From Candidatus Krumholzibacteriia bacterium (GTDB lineage: Bacteria > Krumholzibacteriota > Krumholzibacteriia > Krumholzibacteriales > Krumholzibacteriaceae), in the NCBI GenBank assembly GCA_963836185.1, contig CAWIIQ010000001.1, forward strand, positions 1,952,001 to 2,016,000: a stretch of 64,000 bases of DNA, in the 5' to 3' direction. The position numbers were made by a program, and so were the translations under genes. This document shows positions 52,163 to 61,769 of this stretch, piece after piece (within the stretch, counting starts at the first letter, position 1; the number at the start of each line of letters is the position of its first letter). The notes under the pieces are model-generated. The model was given only the letters and a program-made list of their open reading frames with translations. It had not been told where the DNA came from and searched no databases.

Positions 52163-53151
52163 TGCGCATCACCACCCGTCGTCTGTCCGGCGTAGTGTTT
52201 CTTCGCAGCTGGTTCCTTCACTATATTCTCATTTCCGTTCATCTCGCCCATGAAGACATCCTCGAGTGATGGATGGTGATTCGCTACCTTTAGGACTTCA
52301 GCTCCGCTGTTGTAAAGATGCTGTATCACTGTACGGACGAGTTCCTGATTCTTCACGATGAGGAATACCTCTTCGCCGTTGACGGCGACCGAATCAATGT
52401 ATCCCGATACCGGATCGAGATCGGAGACCGAACATCCTCTTGCGGTGATCTCGACCTTCCCCTCACCTATCCTGAAGACCTCGGACAATCCTACGGTCCT
52501 GATAACGGTTCCCCCCTTTATGATGCATGCCCTGTCGCACAGTGCTTCCATATCGGGAAGGATATGAGATGAGAAAAAGATCGTCTTCCCCCTGCTCTTC
52601 AGGTCGAGGAGGATATCCTTTACCGTCTTCCTGCCGATCGGATCGAGCCCCGAGAAAGGCTCGTCGAGGATCAGGAGATCCGGATCGTGAAGGATAGCCT
52701 GAGCGAGCCCCGCCCGCTGAAGCATCCCCTTCGAGAATCCCTTCGTCCTCCTCCTGGAGTGTTCCTCCAGCCCGACCCGCTCTATGGACTCCCTGACTCT
52801 CGCTACCGCCGCGTTCGACGGTACTTCACTCAGATCCGCGCAGAACCTGAGAAACTCTGTCAGCGTCAGATGCGGATATATGTATGGATTCTCGGGGAGG
52901 TATCCCACCCTCTTCATGACCGACATATCACCCTGAGATCTTCCGAAAAGCTGTACAGAGCCCGACTCGGGCCTGAGAAGGCCGAGTATGATCTTGATCG
53001 TAGTCGTTTTGCCTGCGCCGTTCGGACCGAGGAATCCGAGGATCTCGCCCGCTCCGGCCGAGAACGAGACGCCGTGAAGGACCTCGAGCGCGGTAAACGA
53101 CATGTCGCCGCGGAACGATTTCTTCACTCCGTCGACCTGCAGAACTTCCAT
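52159..53151 (-). CDS. ABC transporter ATP-binding protein (myxobacterial PilH-like)
   Basis: GPNGAGKTT, FSKGMLQRAGLAQA, LDEPFSGLD and SSH. Likely start is ATG 53151. Confidence 0.9.
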   Translation of the reverse strand: MEVLQVDGVKKSFRGDMSFTALEVLHGVSFSAGAGEILGFLGPNGAGKTTTIKIILGLLRPESGSVQLFGRSQGDMSVMKRVGYLPENPYIYPHLTLTEFLRFCADLSEVPSNAAVARVRESIERVGLEEHSRRRTKGFSKGMLQRAGLAQAILHDPDLLILDEPFSGLDPIGRKTVKDILLDLKSRGKTIFFSSHILPDMEALCDRACIIKGGTVIRTVGLSEVFRIGEGKVEITARGCSVSDLDPVSGYIDSVAVNGEEVFLIVKNQELVRTVIQHLYNSGAEVLKVANHHPSLEDVFMGEMNGNENIVKEPAAKKHYAGQTTGGDAQ

Positions 53152-53275
53152 TATAATGCCCCTTTGCTGCCTGTAACCGGCAGAAAACGTACCACCGGAT
53201 GTCCCGTATCCGGACATCCAGGCCCTTGATTACCTTCTTGAGCATGTAAATGCAGATATCGTACCGGATGGGCAT

Positions 53276-53309
53276 AAAGAAAGGGGGCGGCCCGTGCGGG
53301 CCGCCCCCT
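53276..53309 (-). terminator. Intrinsic terminator after pilA
   Basis: AGGGGGCGGCCCG/CGGGCCGCCCCCT stem followed by TTCTTT on the minus strand. Confidence 0.85.
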
Positions 53310-53333
53310 GGAACTTACTGGTTCTAACGATCT

Positions 53334-53768
53334 CTACTGACCGGAGGTCAGCGTGATGACCGTGCTGCCGTCTTCCTTACCGCAACCGGTAATCGTGTAG
53401 CCAATGTTGACAGCGCCGAGAACGACCGGAGCATAACCGGTCTGACCGGATGTACCGGCAGCGCCATCGATGGGCTCAGTGTCACCCTTGGTGAACGGAT
53501 TCTCAAGAAGAGCTCCGCCGGGCAGCATATCGACAATGCTGTCACCAGAGTTAGGATTGGCTTCAGCCACGGTGCCGGCATATACGCCGTCAGCCTGGAC
53601 CGCGAAATCCTCGGCGGCAAGCTGTACAGTGTGGCAATTCGACTTGACGGAGGCTTCCTTGGCCCTCGACTGCATATTGATGAAGTTCGGAATAGCGATA
53701 GCAGCGAGGATACCGATGATGACCACAACGATCATCAGCTCGATAAGGGTGAAACCCTTGTTATTCAT
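53334..53768 (-). CDS. pilA: Type IVa major pilin, 144-aa prepilin
   Basis: MNNKG/FTLIELMIVVVIIGILAAIAIPNF; RBS GGGAGG; own sigma54 promoter and terminator. Confidence 0.93.
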   Translation of the reverse strand: MNNKGFTLIELMIVVVIIGILAAIAIPNFINMQSRAKEASVKSNCHTVQLAAEDFAVQADGVYAGTVAEANPNSGDSIVDMLPGGALLENPFTKGDTEPIDGAAGTSGQTGYAPVVLGAVNIGYTITGCGKEDGSTVITLTSGQ

Positions 53769-53892
53769 CTTGCACCTCCCGGTACAATCTAATGGAGCCT
53801 TCCGGCTCCGGTCCATCGGTCTTACAGTCCGTGAGGACTGCTGATCTCGTCCTTTGCGCCCCGCCATCGGTTCGGGGCTCGGGGAACATCTT

Positions 53893-53909
53893 TGCATCTT
53901 CTGTGCCAA
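53893..53909 (-). promoter_or_regulatory. Sigma54 promoter of pilA
   Basis: Minus strand TTGGCACAGAAGATGCA (GG-N10-GC). Confidence 0.8.
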
Positions 53910-54076
53910 CCCTCAGTCAGCGAGTCACTTACGTAATCGGCTTTTTTACAGCGAGTTACGGCCTCCTACCGTATCCTGTAAAGGGGCGTTGACATGCGCA
54001 AGCGCCCGATTCCGTTTCAATCTGCAAGAATTCAACTGTTTCAACTTTCCCTTTCAGAACGCCTGTGAAGGACGTT

Positions 54077-55453
54077 CTAGGCCTTCATCATCATTTCACG
54101 CTCCAGGCCGTATCTCTGGATCTTCCTGTAAAGGGTCGAAGCATTGATGCCGAGGATCGAGCTGGCCTTCTTCTTCTGCCAGTTCGTCTCCTCCAGCACC
54201 GATATAAGGTACTCCTTCTCCAGTTCCTCGAGTGTCATCTGGGTCTTGTCTAGGCTCAGGCTGCGCCTGCTGCATGTGCGCGACCTCACCTTGTCGGGAA
54301 GGTCCTCGACGTCGACCTGCTCGCCCTCCTGCAGGATGACGGCTCTTTCCATTATGTTCTCGAGCTCACGGACGTTTCCGGGGAACTCGTATTCTGTCAG
54401 GAGGTTCATCGCCTCCTTCGTTATATTCTTCTTCTCCCCCGTCTTGATCGATACCTTCTCGAGGAAATGCTCCACGAGCAGGGGTATATCGTCGCGCCTG
54501 TGACGCAGCGGCGGGATCACGATGGGAATCACGTTGAGCCTGTAGTAGAGGTCGGCCCTGAAGGTATCCTCCTGAACGGCTCTCTCAAGATCAGCGTTAG
54601 TTGCCGCTATCAGCCTGGCGTTTACCTTTATCGGGGATGTCCCGCCGACGGGGATGATCTCTCTCTCCTGAAGGACCCTGAGCAGCTTGACCTGGATCGC
54701 CGGCGAGGTCTCGCCGACCTCGTCGAGGAAGAAGGTCCCCCCGCTGGCCACCTTGAAGAGGCCGTCCTTGTCCTTGATAGCGCCGGTAAAGCTCCCCTTG
54801 ACGTGCCCGAAGAGCTCGCTCTCGAGGAGGTTCTCGGGCAGAGCGCCGCAGTTTATCGACACGAACGGACTCGATGCGCGCGTCGACCTGTAATGTATCG
54901 CCCTGGCAATAAGCTCCTTGCCCGTTCCGCTCTCACCGCAGACGAGGATGGTGCTGTCAGTGTCCGCGACCTTGTCGACAAGCGTGAAGACTTTCCGGAT
55001 CTCTTCGCTCTTGCCGATGATCTCCTTGAAATCGTCCTTGTTCCTCAGCTGCTTCTTGAGGAATTTGTTCTCGCTCTTGACGCGATGGACGTCAAGCGCA
55101 TTACGGATGACCATCTTGATCTGGTCGTTCTTGGCCGCCCTCTTTACCAGGTAGTGGAAGGCGCCGTTGTTGAGAGCCTCAATGGCGGTCTTCTGTGAGG
55201 CGTAAGCCGTCATTATGATGACGGGGATGCTCGGATCGATCTCCTTGACGGCGGTGAGAACCTCTATACCGTCCATGCCCTCCATCCGGATATCGGTGAT
55301 CACAGCATCGTAGTTCGAGTCACTCACCTCCTTGACAGCCTTGCTGCCGTTCGAGGCGGTCTTTACCTCGTACCCCTCCTTCTTGAGCATGATCGAAAGG
55401 TACTGGCACATACTCTTCTCGTCGTCGACAATCAGGATCTTTTCACCCGCCAT
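54077..55453 (-). CDS. pilR: NtrC-type sigma54 response regulator PilR
   Basis: Receiver domain (VDDE, TDIRM), GESGTGKE, ESELFGHVKGSFTGA and Fis HTH; adjacent to pilA. Confidence 0.9.
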   Translation of the reverse strand: MAGEKILIVDDEKSMCQYLSIMLKKEGYEVKTASNGSKAVKEVSDSNYDAVITDIRMEGMDGIEVLTAVKEIDPSIPVIIMTAYASQKTAIEALNNGAFHYLVKRAAKNDQIKMVIRNALDVHRVKSENKFLKKQLRNKDDFKEIIGKSEEIRKVFTLVDKVADTDSTILVCGESGTGKELIARAIHYRSTRASSPFVSINCGALPENLLESELFGHVKGSFTGAIKDKDGLFKVASGGTFFLDEVGETSPAIQVKLLRVLQEREIIPVGGTSPIKVNARLIAATNADLERAVQEDTFRADLYYRLNVIPIVIPPLRHRRDDIPLLVEHFLEKVSIKTGEKKNITKEAMNLLTEYEFPGNVRELENIMERAVILQEGEQVDVEDLPDKVRSRTCSRRSLSLDKTQMTLEELEKEYLISVLEETNWQKKKASSILGINASTLYRKIQRYGLEREMMMKA

Positions 55454-55502
55454 TAATCACTAACCCCCGGTTTGAGCGATTCGGTCATCCGCCGGCAGCG
55501 GA

Positions 55503-57252
55503 TCAGACCATCGCGAACTCTTCCTCGTTTATTATCTCTTCTTCGTTGTCATCGATCTCGTCGCGCCTCACGGGCAGGATGACGATAAATTCCGTCCCTC
55601 CGTCTTCCGAGCTGCGGACATCTATAAGACCGGAATGGCTCTCGACGATTCGCGCGGCGATCGCGAGGCCCAGTCCGGTTCCTCCCTGTCTCGTGGTAAA
55701 AAACGGCTCGAAGACATGCGGCAGCACGTCCTCCGGAATAGCCGGTCCATCGTTATGGAAACGTATCTCGACGCATTCCTCGTCGGTCTTCTCCTCGGAG
55801 AGTCGGCGCACGACGCTGCAGACGGAGAGAGTCAGTTTTCCGCCGCCGCTCATCGCCTCACATGCGTTATTGCCCAGATTGAGCAAGACCTGCCTGATCT
55901 GTTCGTCGTCGGCAGCTATCCTGGAACATGCCGAATCACTGTCGATCGTTATCTCTACTCCTTCTCCTGATGGAGTCGCGTTCCTCAGGAGCATGGCGAT
56001 CTCTCCTACACACCTGTCGATATCCGACGGCGTGAAAGAGGGCTTGCGCAGCCTCGCATACTCGAGAAAATCGGATATGATCCTGTCGAGCCTCTCTGAC
56101 TCCCTTATGATTAGGTCCATCAATTCGGCGTTGTCGCCGGTAAGGTCATTGATCTCTCCCTTGAGCATGTCGATCGAACCGCTGATCGAGGCCAGTGGAG
56201 CGCGGACCTCGTGAGCAATCGCTGCTGACAGTTCACCGACGGCGGCCATCCTGTCGGCCTGCCTGATCCTCTCACGCATCTCCTTGACCTCGGAAAGGTC
56301 TTGGAAGATGGCGATTACACCCTTTGTCTCGTCCTGTTCATCTTTCAGCAGCGATATACTTATCCCGAGCTGCGCCACTGTGCCGTCAGCCTTTACGACA
56401 TCTGATCTCGTGACGCTGCCTCGCCCTTCCGCTTTGCAGCGCGAGCGAGAGTTCCTCAGCGAGGACGGGCATATGGGGAAAAGCGTTGTTGACCGGCTGA
56501 CCGTCGAGTTCTTTCCTTCCATCAAGGCCGAGAATCGATTCAGCCGCGGGATTCACCGTCATTACGCATCCATCGGGATCGGTCACAATAAGTCCGCTGC
56601 TCATATTCTCGAGGATGCTGTCGGTATCGAGTCTGATCTGCCTGATCTCTTTCTCCTTGTCGGCTATCTCATCGTGCTTGTTCTGAAGACGGTAGGAGAC
56701 ATACCCGCTGACCAGGCCGGTAAAGACGAAGACTGCCATGTGGAGATAGCCGCGAAGGATCACCCTAGCGATACCACGCGACGAGACGTCAGCGACCCAT
56801 CCCCCGCCTACCGGGTCTACGTAACCGCCTATCTCAAGGAGTATGTATGTGATGTAGGCAGATGTCGCGAGCAGAGCCGTTACGAGCCCGCCCGAGACCT
56901 TGAAATACTCTCCGCCCACAATGATCGGCAATATATAAAGGATGGAGAAGAACGAGCCGGACCCACCGCTGAAGTGTGCGAGCACCGTCAATACCGTGAT
57001 GTCCACCGCGACGAGGACCCTGACTATTATCTTCAGGTCGACGCCCGCCCTGTAGGTCAGGTAGATGGCGCCGGCGCTGAGATAGATGACGCCGAGGAGT
57101 CCGTACATCACAGCCACGGAGACGGCACGGTCCTCCATCTGCAGCACCATGATCGCCGCACCGACCATCAGGGTCGAAACGACCAGCCGCAGGTAGACCA
57201 GCCTCCTGGCACTGGACTCGTCAGAATGTGAGAGTGCACGCGGTTTAAACAT
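55503..57252 (-). CDS. pilS: Sensor histidine kinase PilS (extra base at 56403)
   Basis: Six-TM N-terminus, PAS domain, AAIAHEVRAPL, N box NLGNNA and FEPFFTT..GGTGLGL. Confidence 0.88.
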
Positions 57253-57283
57253 CTTCTCCCCCCGGAGACCGGGGTCGCCGGGA

Positions 57284-58492
57284 TCAGCCGGCGACGACAG
57301 TAACGAGCTTGAACATCGGGAGATACATGGCTATAAGCATGCCTCCGACTACAGCACCCATTACAACGATCATAATCGGCTCGATGGCCGCGGTAAGCGC
57401 CTCGACAGCCGCATCGACCTCGTCGTCATAGAAATCTGCGATCTTGTCGAGCATCTCGTCGAGGGCACCTGTCTGCTCTCCTACGGAGATCATCTGGACC
57501 ACCATGGGAGGGAAAACGCCGCAGGACTTAAGCGGATCAGCTATCGTGTTACCCTCGCTGATACTCTGTCTCGTCTCCATGATCGCCTTCTCGAGGACCT
57601 TGTTTCCGGCCGTCCTGGCCGTGATCTCCAGTCCGTTGAGGATCGGCACACCACTGGCGATGAGGGTTCCGAGCGTACGGGTGAACCTCGCTACGGCTCC
57701 CTTACGGACGACGTTACCGAGGATCGGGAAGTTAAGAAGGATCTTGTCCATCCTGTAATGTCCGCCTTCAGTCGCGTAGTACCTCTTAAAGGCAACAACA
57801 CTGCCTACCAGGAGCCCGGCGAGCAGCCACCAGTTTGCTCGAAGGAAATCACTGAGCATCATCACGATCTTTGTCGGTAGCGGAAGGTCTCCACCGAAGT
57901 CGGTGAACATCTTCGCGAATGTTGGAATGATGACCATCAGCATGAAGACCGTCGCGCCTGTGGCGACACAGAATACGATAGTCGGATAGGTCAGGGCGCC
58001 CTTTACCTTTCGCCTCAGCGCGTCGGCCTTCTCGAGATAGACAGCCAGACGGTTGAGGATAAGATCGAGGATACCGCCGGCCTCGCCGGCATCGATCATG
58101 TTTACGAACAGTTCACCGAAACACTTATGCTTGCGCATCGCGTCGGCAAGTGTCGAGCCTGATTCGACGTCCGACATGACTTCCGTGACGATCGCCTTGA
58201 AGTTCGGCTTCTCGATCTGGCTCGAAAGGATATCGAGACACTGGACCATCGGCAATCCCGCGTTGATCATCGTCGCGAACTGCCTCGTGAAGATCCCCAT
58301 GTCCTTGACCGTGATCTTGTTGCCGATCCCGAAGTTGATCTGGATATCCTTCGGCTTGTGGCGGATAGACGTGATTATGATCTTCCGCTTACGCAGGTGA
58401 TTGATCAGCTCCTGCTTGTTTTCGCACTCATAGTCGCCGGAAAGGACTTCGCCCGTCGGCGTTCTTCCTTTCCAAAGGAATGTAGTCGCCAT
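57284..58492 (-). CDS. pilC: Type IV pilus platform protein PilC (T2SS F family)
   Basis: FTRQFATMINAGLP, GEAGGILD and GEQTGALDEML..IEP. Confidence 0.95.
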   Translation of the reverse strand: MATTFLWKGRTPTGEVLSGDYECENKQELINHLRKRKIIITSIRHKPKDIQINFGIGNKITVKDMGIFTRQFATMINAGLPMVQCLDILSSQIEKPNFKAIVTEVMSDVESGSTLADAMRKHKCFGELFVNMIDAGEAGGILDLILNRLAVYLEKADALRRKVKGALTYPTIVFCVATGATVFMLMVIIPTFAKMFTDFGGDLPLPTKIVMMLSDFLRANWWLLAGLLVGSVVAFKRYYATEGGHYRMDKILLNFPILGNVVRKGAVARFTRTLGTLIASGVPILNGLEITARTAGNKVLEKAIMETRQSISEGNTIADPLKSCGVFPPMVVQMISVGEQTGALDEMLDKIADFYDDEVDAAVEALTAAIEPIMIVVMGAVVGGMLIAMYLPMFKLVTVVAG

Positions 58493-58510
58493 CGGTTTCC
58501 CCCTTAAAGA

Positions 58511-59620
58511 TTACTTCTTGAACTGATAGTCGTGGGTACGATGATCCGTGCCGGAGTTCGGCCCTTCACCCATCATCTGCTGGAGCTCGACAGGATCGCT
58601 GCTCCTTCTGAGAGATTCTTCCTTCGTGATCTTCCTGTCGCAGAAGGCCTGGAACAAAGCCTGGTTCATCGTCTGCATCCCGAATTTATGTCCGGCCTGC
58701 ATCAGGCCATATATCTGATGTACTTTATCGTCCCGGATCGTCGCGCGTATCGCGGGCGTGCACACCATGACCTCGCAGACCATCGCCCTGCCCTTACCCG
58801 AGGCATGCGGAATGAGCTGCTGAGTCAATACGCCCTCGAGGACGAACGCGAGTTGGGCGCGGACCTGTCCCTGCTGGCTTGCGGGGAAGGTGTCGACTAT
58901 CCTGTTTATAGATTCAAAGGTCGAGTTGGTATGCAGTGTCGCAAGAGCGAGATGGCCGGTCTCGGCGATAGTGAGTGCTGCCGCCATCGTCTCGTTGTCG
59001 CGCATCTCACCGATGAGGATGACATCGGGATCCTGCCTCAATACGTGCTTGAGAGCTGTGGCAAAGTTGTCAGTATCAGCCTTGACCTCGCGCTGATTCA
59101 CGATGCAGTTCTTGTGCTGATGGATATACTCGATCGGGTCCTCGATAGTGATAACATGGGCGTAGCGTTCCCTGTTGATTTTGTCGATCAGGCTGGCGAG
59201 AGTCGTCGATTTACCTGAGCCCGTCGGGCCTGTGACCAGGACGAGTCCCTTCTGTTTCTCAGCGAATGACTTCACGACGGGAGGAAGGCCGAGATCGTCG
59301 AATCCCAGGATCTCAAACGGGATCTGCCGGATAGCGACGCTTGTTACGCCTCTCTGCTGGAATACATTCGCACGGAATCGCGACAGGCCCTGGACCCCGA
59401 ACGAGAAATCGAGTTCCTTGTCATTCTCGAATCTTTTCTGCTGTTCATCGGTAAGGACGCTGTATGCGATCTGCTTGCTGAACTCAGGAGTCACAACGGG
59501 ATGCGAAGTCGCGTGCATCACACCGTCTACTCTCAGCATCGGCGGGACTCCCGCCGTAATGTGAAGATCGCTCGCATTCTTGTCTATCATCTCCTGTAAC
59601 AGGTCTCTGAGATTCAGCAT
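58511..59620 (-). CDS. pilT: Twitching motility retraction ATPase PilT
   Basis: ASDLHIT, GPTGSGKSTT, TIEDPIE, ETGHL and AIRATIRDDK (AIRNLIRE-like). Confidence 0.95.
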   Translation of the reverse strand: MLNLRDLLQEMIDKNASDLHITAGVPPMLRVDGVMHATSHPVVTPEFSKQIAYSVLTDEQQKRFENDKELDFSFGVQGLSRFRANVFQQRGVTSVAIRQIPFEILGFDDLGLPPVVKSFAEKQKGLVLVTGPTGSGKSTTLASLIDKINRERYAHVITIEDPIEYIHQHKNCIVNQREVKADTDNFATALKHVLRQDPDVILIGEMRDNETMAAALTIAETGHLALATLHTNSTFESINRIVDTFPASQQGQVRAQLAFVLEGVLTQQLIPHASGKGRAMVCEVMVCTPAIRATIRDDKVHQIYGLMQAGHKFGMQTMNQALFQAFCDRKITKEESLRRSSDPVELQQMMGEGPNSGTDHRTHDYQFKK

Positions 59621-59635
59621 ATCTTTCCTTCTTCC

Positions 59636-61342
59636 CTACTGATCTGTCGTCTCTCGGAGGACTTCTTCTACCGAGGTCCATCCGGCCTTGAGCTTCTCGA
59701 TGCCGTCTGACCTGAGCGTAAGCATGCCTTCCTTGACCGCCTGCTCCTTGATCTCCATTGACGAACATCTGTTGAGTATCATCTCTCTTATCTCGCTCGA
59801 TATAGGCATGACCTCGTAAAGGCCGGTCCTGCCCTTATACCCGGTGTTGCTGCACTTCGGGCAGCCTACGGGTTCGAATACCTCGAATGGCGGTTCATCA
59901 GGCAAGCCGAGTTCGCGCATCACCTCGGGATGAAGCATTTCTTTTTTCTTGCAGTTCTCACATAGCCGCCTTAGCAGCCTTTGAGCCTGGATCAAGTTCG
60001 TCGAGCTCGCTACGAGGAACGGCTCGACACCCATGTCGATCATTCGGTTGATCGTGCTGGCTGCATCATTCGTATGAAGAGTACTGAGCACAAGGTGACC
60101 TGTGAGCGCCGCCTTGACTGCGATCGATCCTGTCTCGAGGTCACGGACCTCACCGACCATCACGATGTTCGGATCCTGGCGAAGGAACGCCTTCAGCGCG
60201 GACGCGAAGGTCAGCCCGATCTCCTCGTGCACGTTGACCTGGTTGATCCCTTCGAGGTTGTACTCGACCGGGTCCTCGGCGGTCATGATGTTGTGGTGCG
60301 GAAGGTTGATCTTGTGAAGAGCGGAATACAGAGTCGTCGTCTTTCCGCTACCGGTAGGACCGGTCACGAGCACCATTCCGTAAGGCGATTCGATCGCGTA
60401 GAGGAACTTCTCGAGAGCTTCGGGCTGAAACCCCAGCTTCGTGAGATCTATCTGGAGGTTGCTCTTGTCCAGGATTCGCATTACGATCTTCTCGCCGAAG
60501 ATCGTGGGAAGTGTGCTTACACGAAGGTCGATCTTCTTGCTGCCAATCCTGATCTTTATACGGCCATCCTGCGGAACCCTTTTTTCGGCGATGTCCAGCT
60601 CGGCCATGATCTTCAGTCGTGAGGTTATCGCGCCTCTCATCTTTATCGGGGGCGACATCATCTCGTGCAGCTGTCCATCTATCCTGAAGCGCACCCTCAT
60701 CGTTTTCTCGAATGCCTCGACATGGATATCGCTGGCGCCCTTGTTCACCGCGTCCGATATGAGAGAGTTGACAAGCTTGACCACCGGGGCGTCCTCGTTC
60801 TGCGCCTCGGCGAGCCCCATGTCATCATCCATCTCTTCGACTATCTCGAAGTCTTCATCCTCGATGTCACGCATCACTTCGGCCAGAGAGTCGGCCGAAT
60901 CGTAAAAACGGTCGATCGCCCTCTTGATCGCCGTCTCAGTAGCGACTACCGGACGCACTTCAAGACCGGTGATGAACTTGATGTCATCGATAGCGAATAT
61001 GTTGTCGGGATTGGCCATCGCCAGAGTCAGGACCCTGCCCTCCCTGGAAATGGGTACGACCTGGAACTTGGTCGCTACCTCTGACGGGATGAGCTCGACG
61101 GAATGTTCTTCCGCCTCGAGCTCGTCGAGGTCGACCGCGGGTACCTGGTACTGCTGCGAGAGGAACTCGGAGAAAGCTTTCTCCGAAATCGCTCCCGTCT
61201 TTACCAGGTTGTAGCCGAGGCTGCCGCCGGACTGCCCCTGCTCGGAAAGAGCAAGTTCGAGCTGGTCCTGGCTGATAAGACTCGACTCCATCAGCTGGTT
61301 GGCTATATTGTCACTCAAGGACTTCCTCCGCCCGGATTTCAA
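59636..61342 (-). CDS. pilB: Type IV pilus assembly ATPase PilB
   Basis: MshEN-like N-terminus, GASDIHVE, PQDGR, GPTGSGKTTT, LRQDP and tetracysteine motif. The start may be slightly downstream (TTG of LSDNIA). Confidence 0.95.
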   Translation of the reverse strand: MKSGRRKSLSDNIANQLMESSLISQDQLELALSEQGQSGGSLGYNLVKTGAISEKAFSEFLSQQYQVPAVDLDELEAEEHSVELIPSEVATKFQVVPISREGRVLTLAMANPDNIFAIDDIKFITGLEVRPVVATETAIKRAIDRFYDSADSLAEVMRDIEDEDFEIVEEMDDDMGLAEAQNEDAPVVKLVNSLISDAVNKGASDIHVEAFEKTMRVRFRIDGQLHEMMSPPIKMRGAITSRLKIMAELDIAEKRVPQDGRIKIRIGSKKIDLRVSTLPTIFGEKIVMRILDKSNLQIDLTKLGFQPEALEKFLYAIESPYGMVLVTGPTGSGKTTTLYSALHKINLPHHNIMTAEDPVEYNLEGINQVNVHEEIGLTFASALKAFLRQDPNIVMVGEVRDLETGSIAVKAALTGHLVLSTLHTNDAASTINRMIDMGVEPFLVASSTNLIQAQRLLRRLCENCKKKEMLHPEVMRELGLPDEPPFEVFEPVGCPKCSNTGYKGRTGLYEVMPISSEIREMILNRCSSMEIKEQAVKEGMLTLRSDGIEKLKAGWTSVEEVLRETTDQ

Positions 61343-61440
61343 TCCTCACGAACCTGATGCAAATCCTCAACCACTCGATACAGTCGTGAGCGTTATTCTG
61401 CCCTAATAATTACTTCAGCCCTCAATTTCACATCTTTGAC

Positions 61441-61457
61441 CGCAATAAGTATGCCAC
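61441..61457 (-). promoter_or_regulatory. Sigma54 promoter upstream of pilB
   Basis: Minus strand GTGGCATACTTATTGCG (TGGCAT-N5-TTGC). Confidence 0.7.
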
Positions 61458-61769
61458 AGGCAGGCAGGCAGGATAACAGGATGAGAGACAACAGTTTTCA
61501 GGATGAAATCGAAGTGCGGGTCATGCTTGAAAGGATCGATCGCGGAAAATTCGATTCCCCTGAAAAGACCTGTCTACAGCGGCTTACCGAAGAATTCGCC
61601 GACCGGGCCCGAATACGCCGCGGAGGCGCCGGCCTGGTGCAGCATGCAAGGGGATTCGCACAATGCATGGTAGTATTTACAGGAACGAGGCGCTGTACAG
61701 TGTCCAGAATCGTTTACCTCGTGTCGGATTTTCTGCCATCAGAAGAGGTTGCGGAGACGGCCGGATGCG

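Noticed and set aside
53334-53768. Conductive e-pilin
   Set aside because: Long pilin with few aromatics; position 27 is Met, not aromatic.
56386-56410. pilS inactivation or phase variation
   Set aside because: No repeat tract; it matches the recurrent CG-to-CAG insertion signature.
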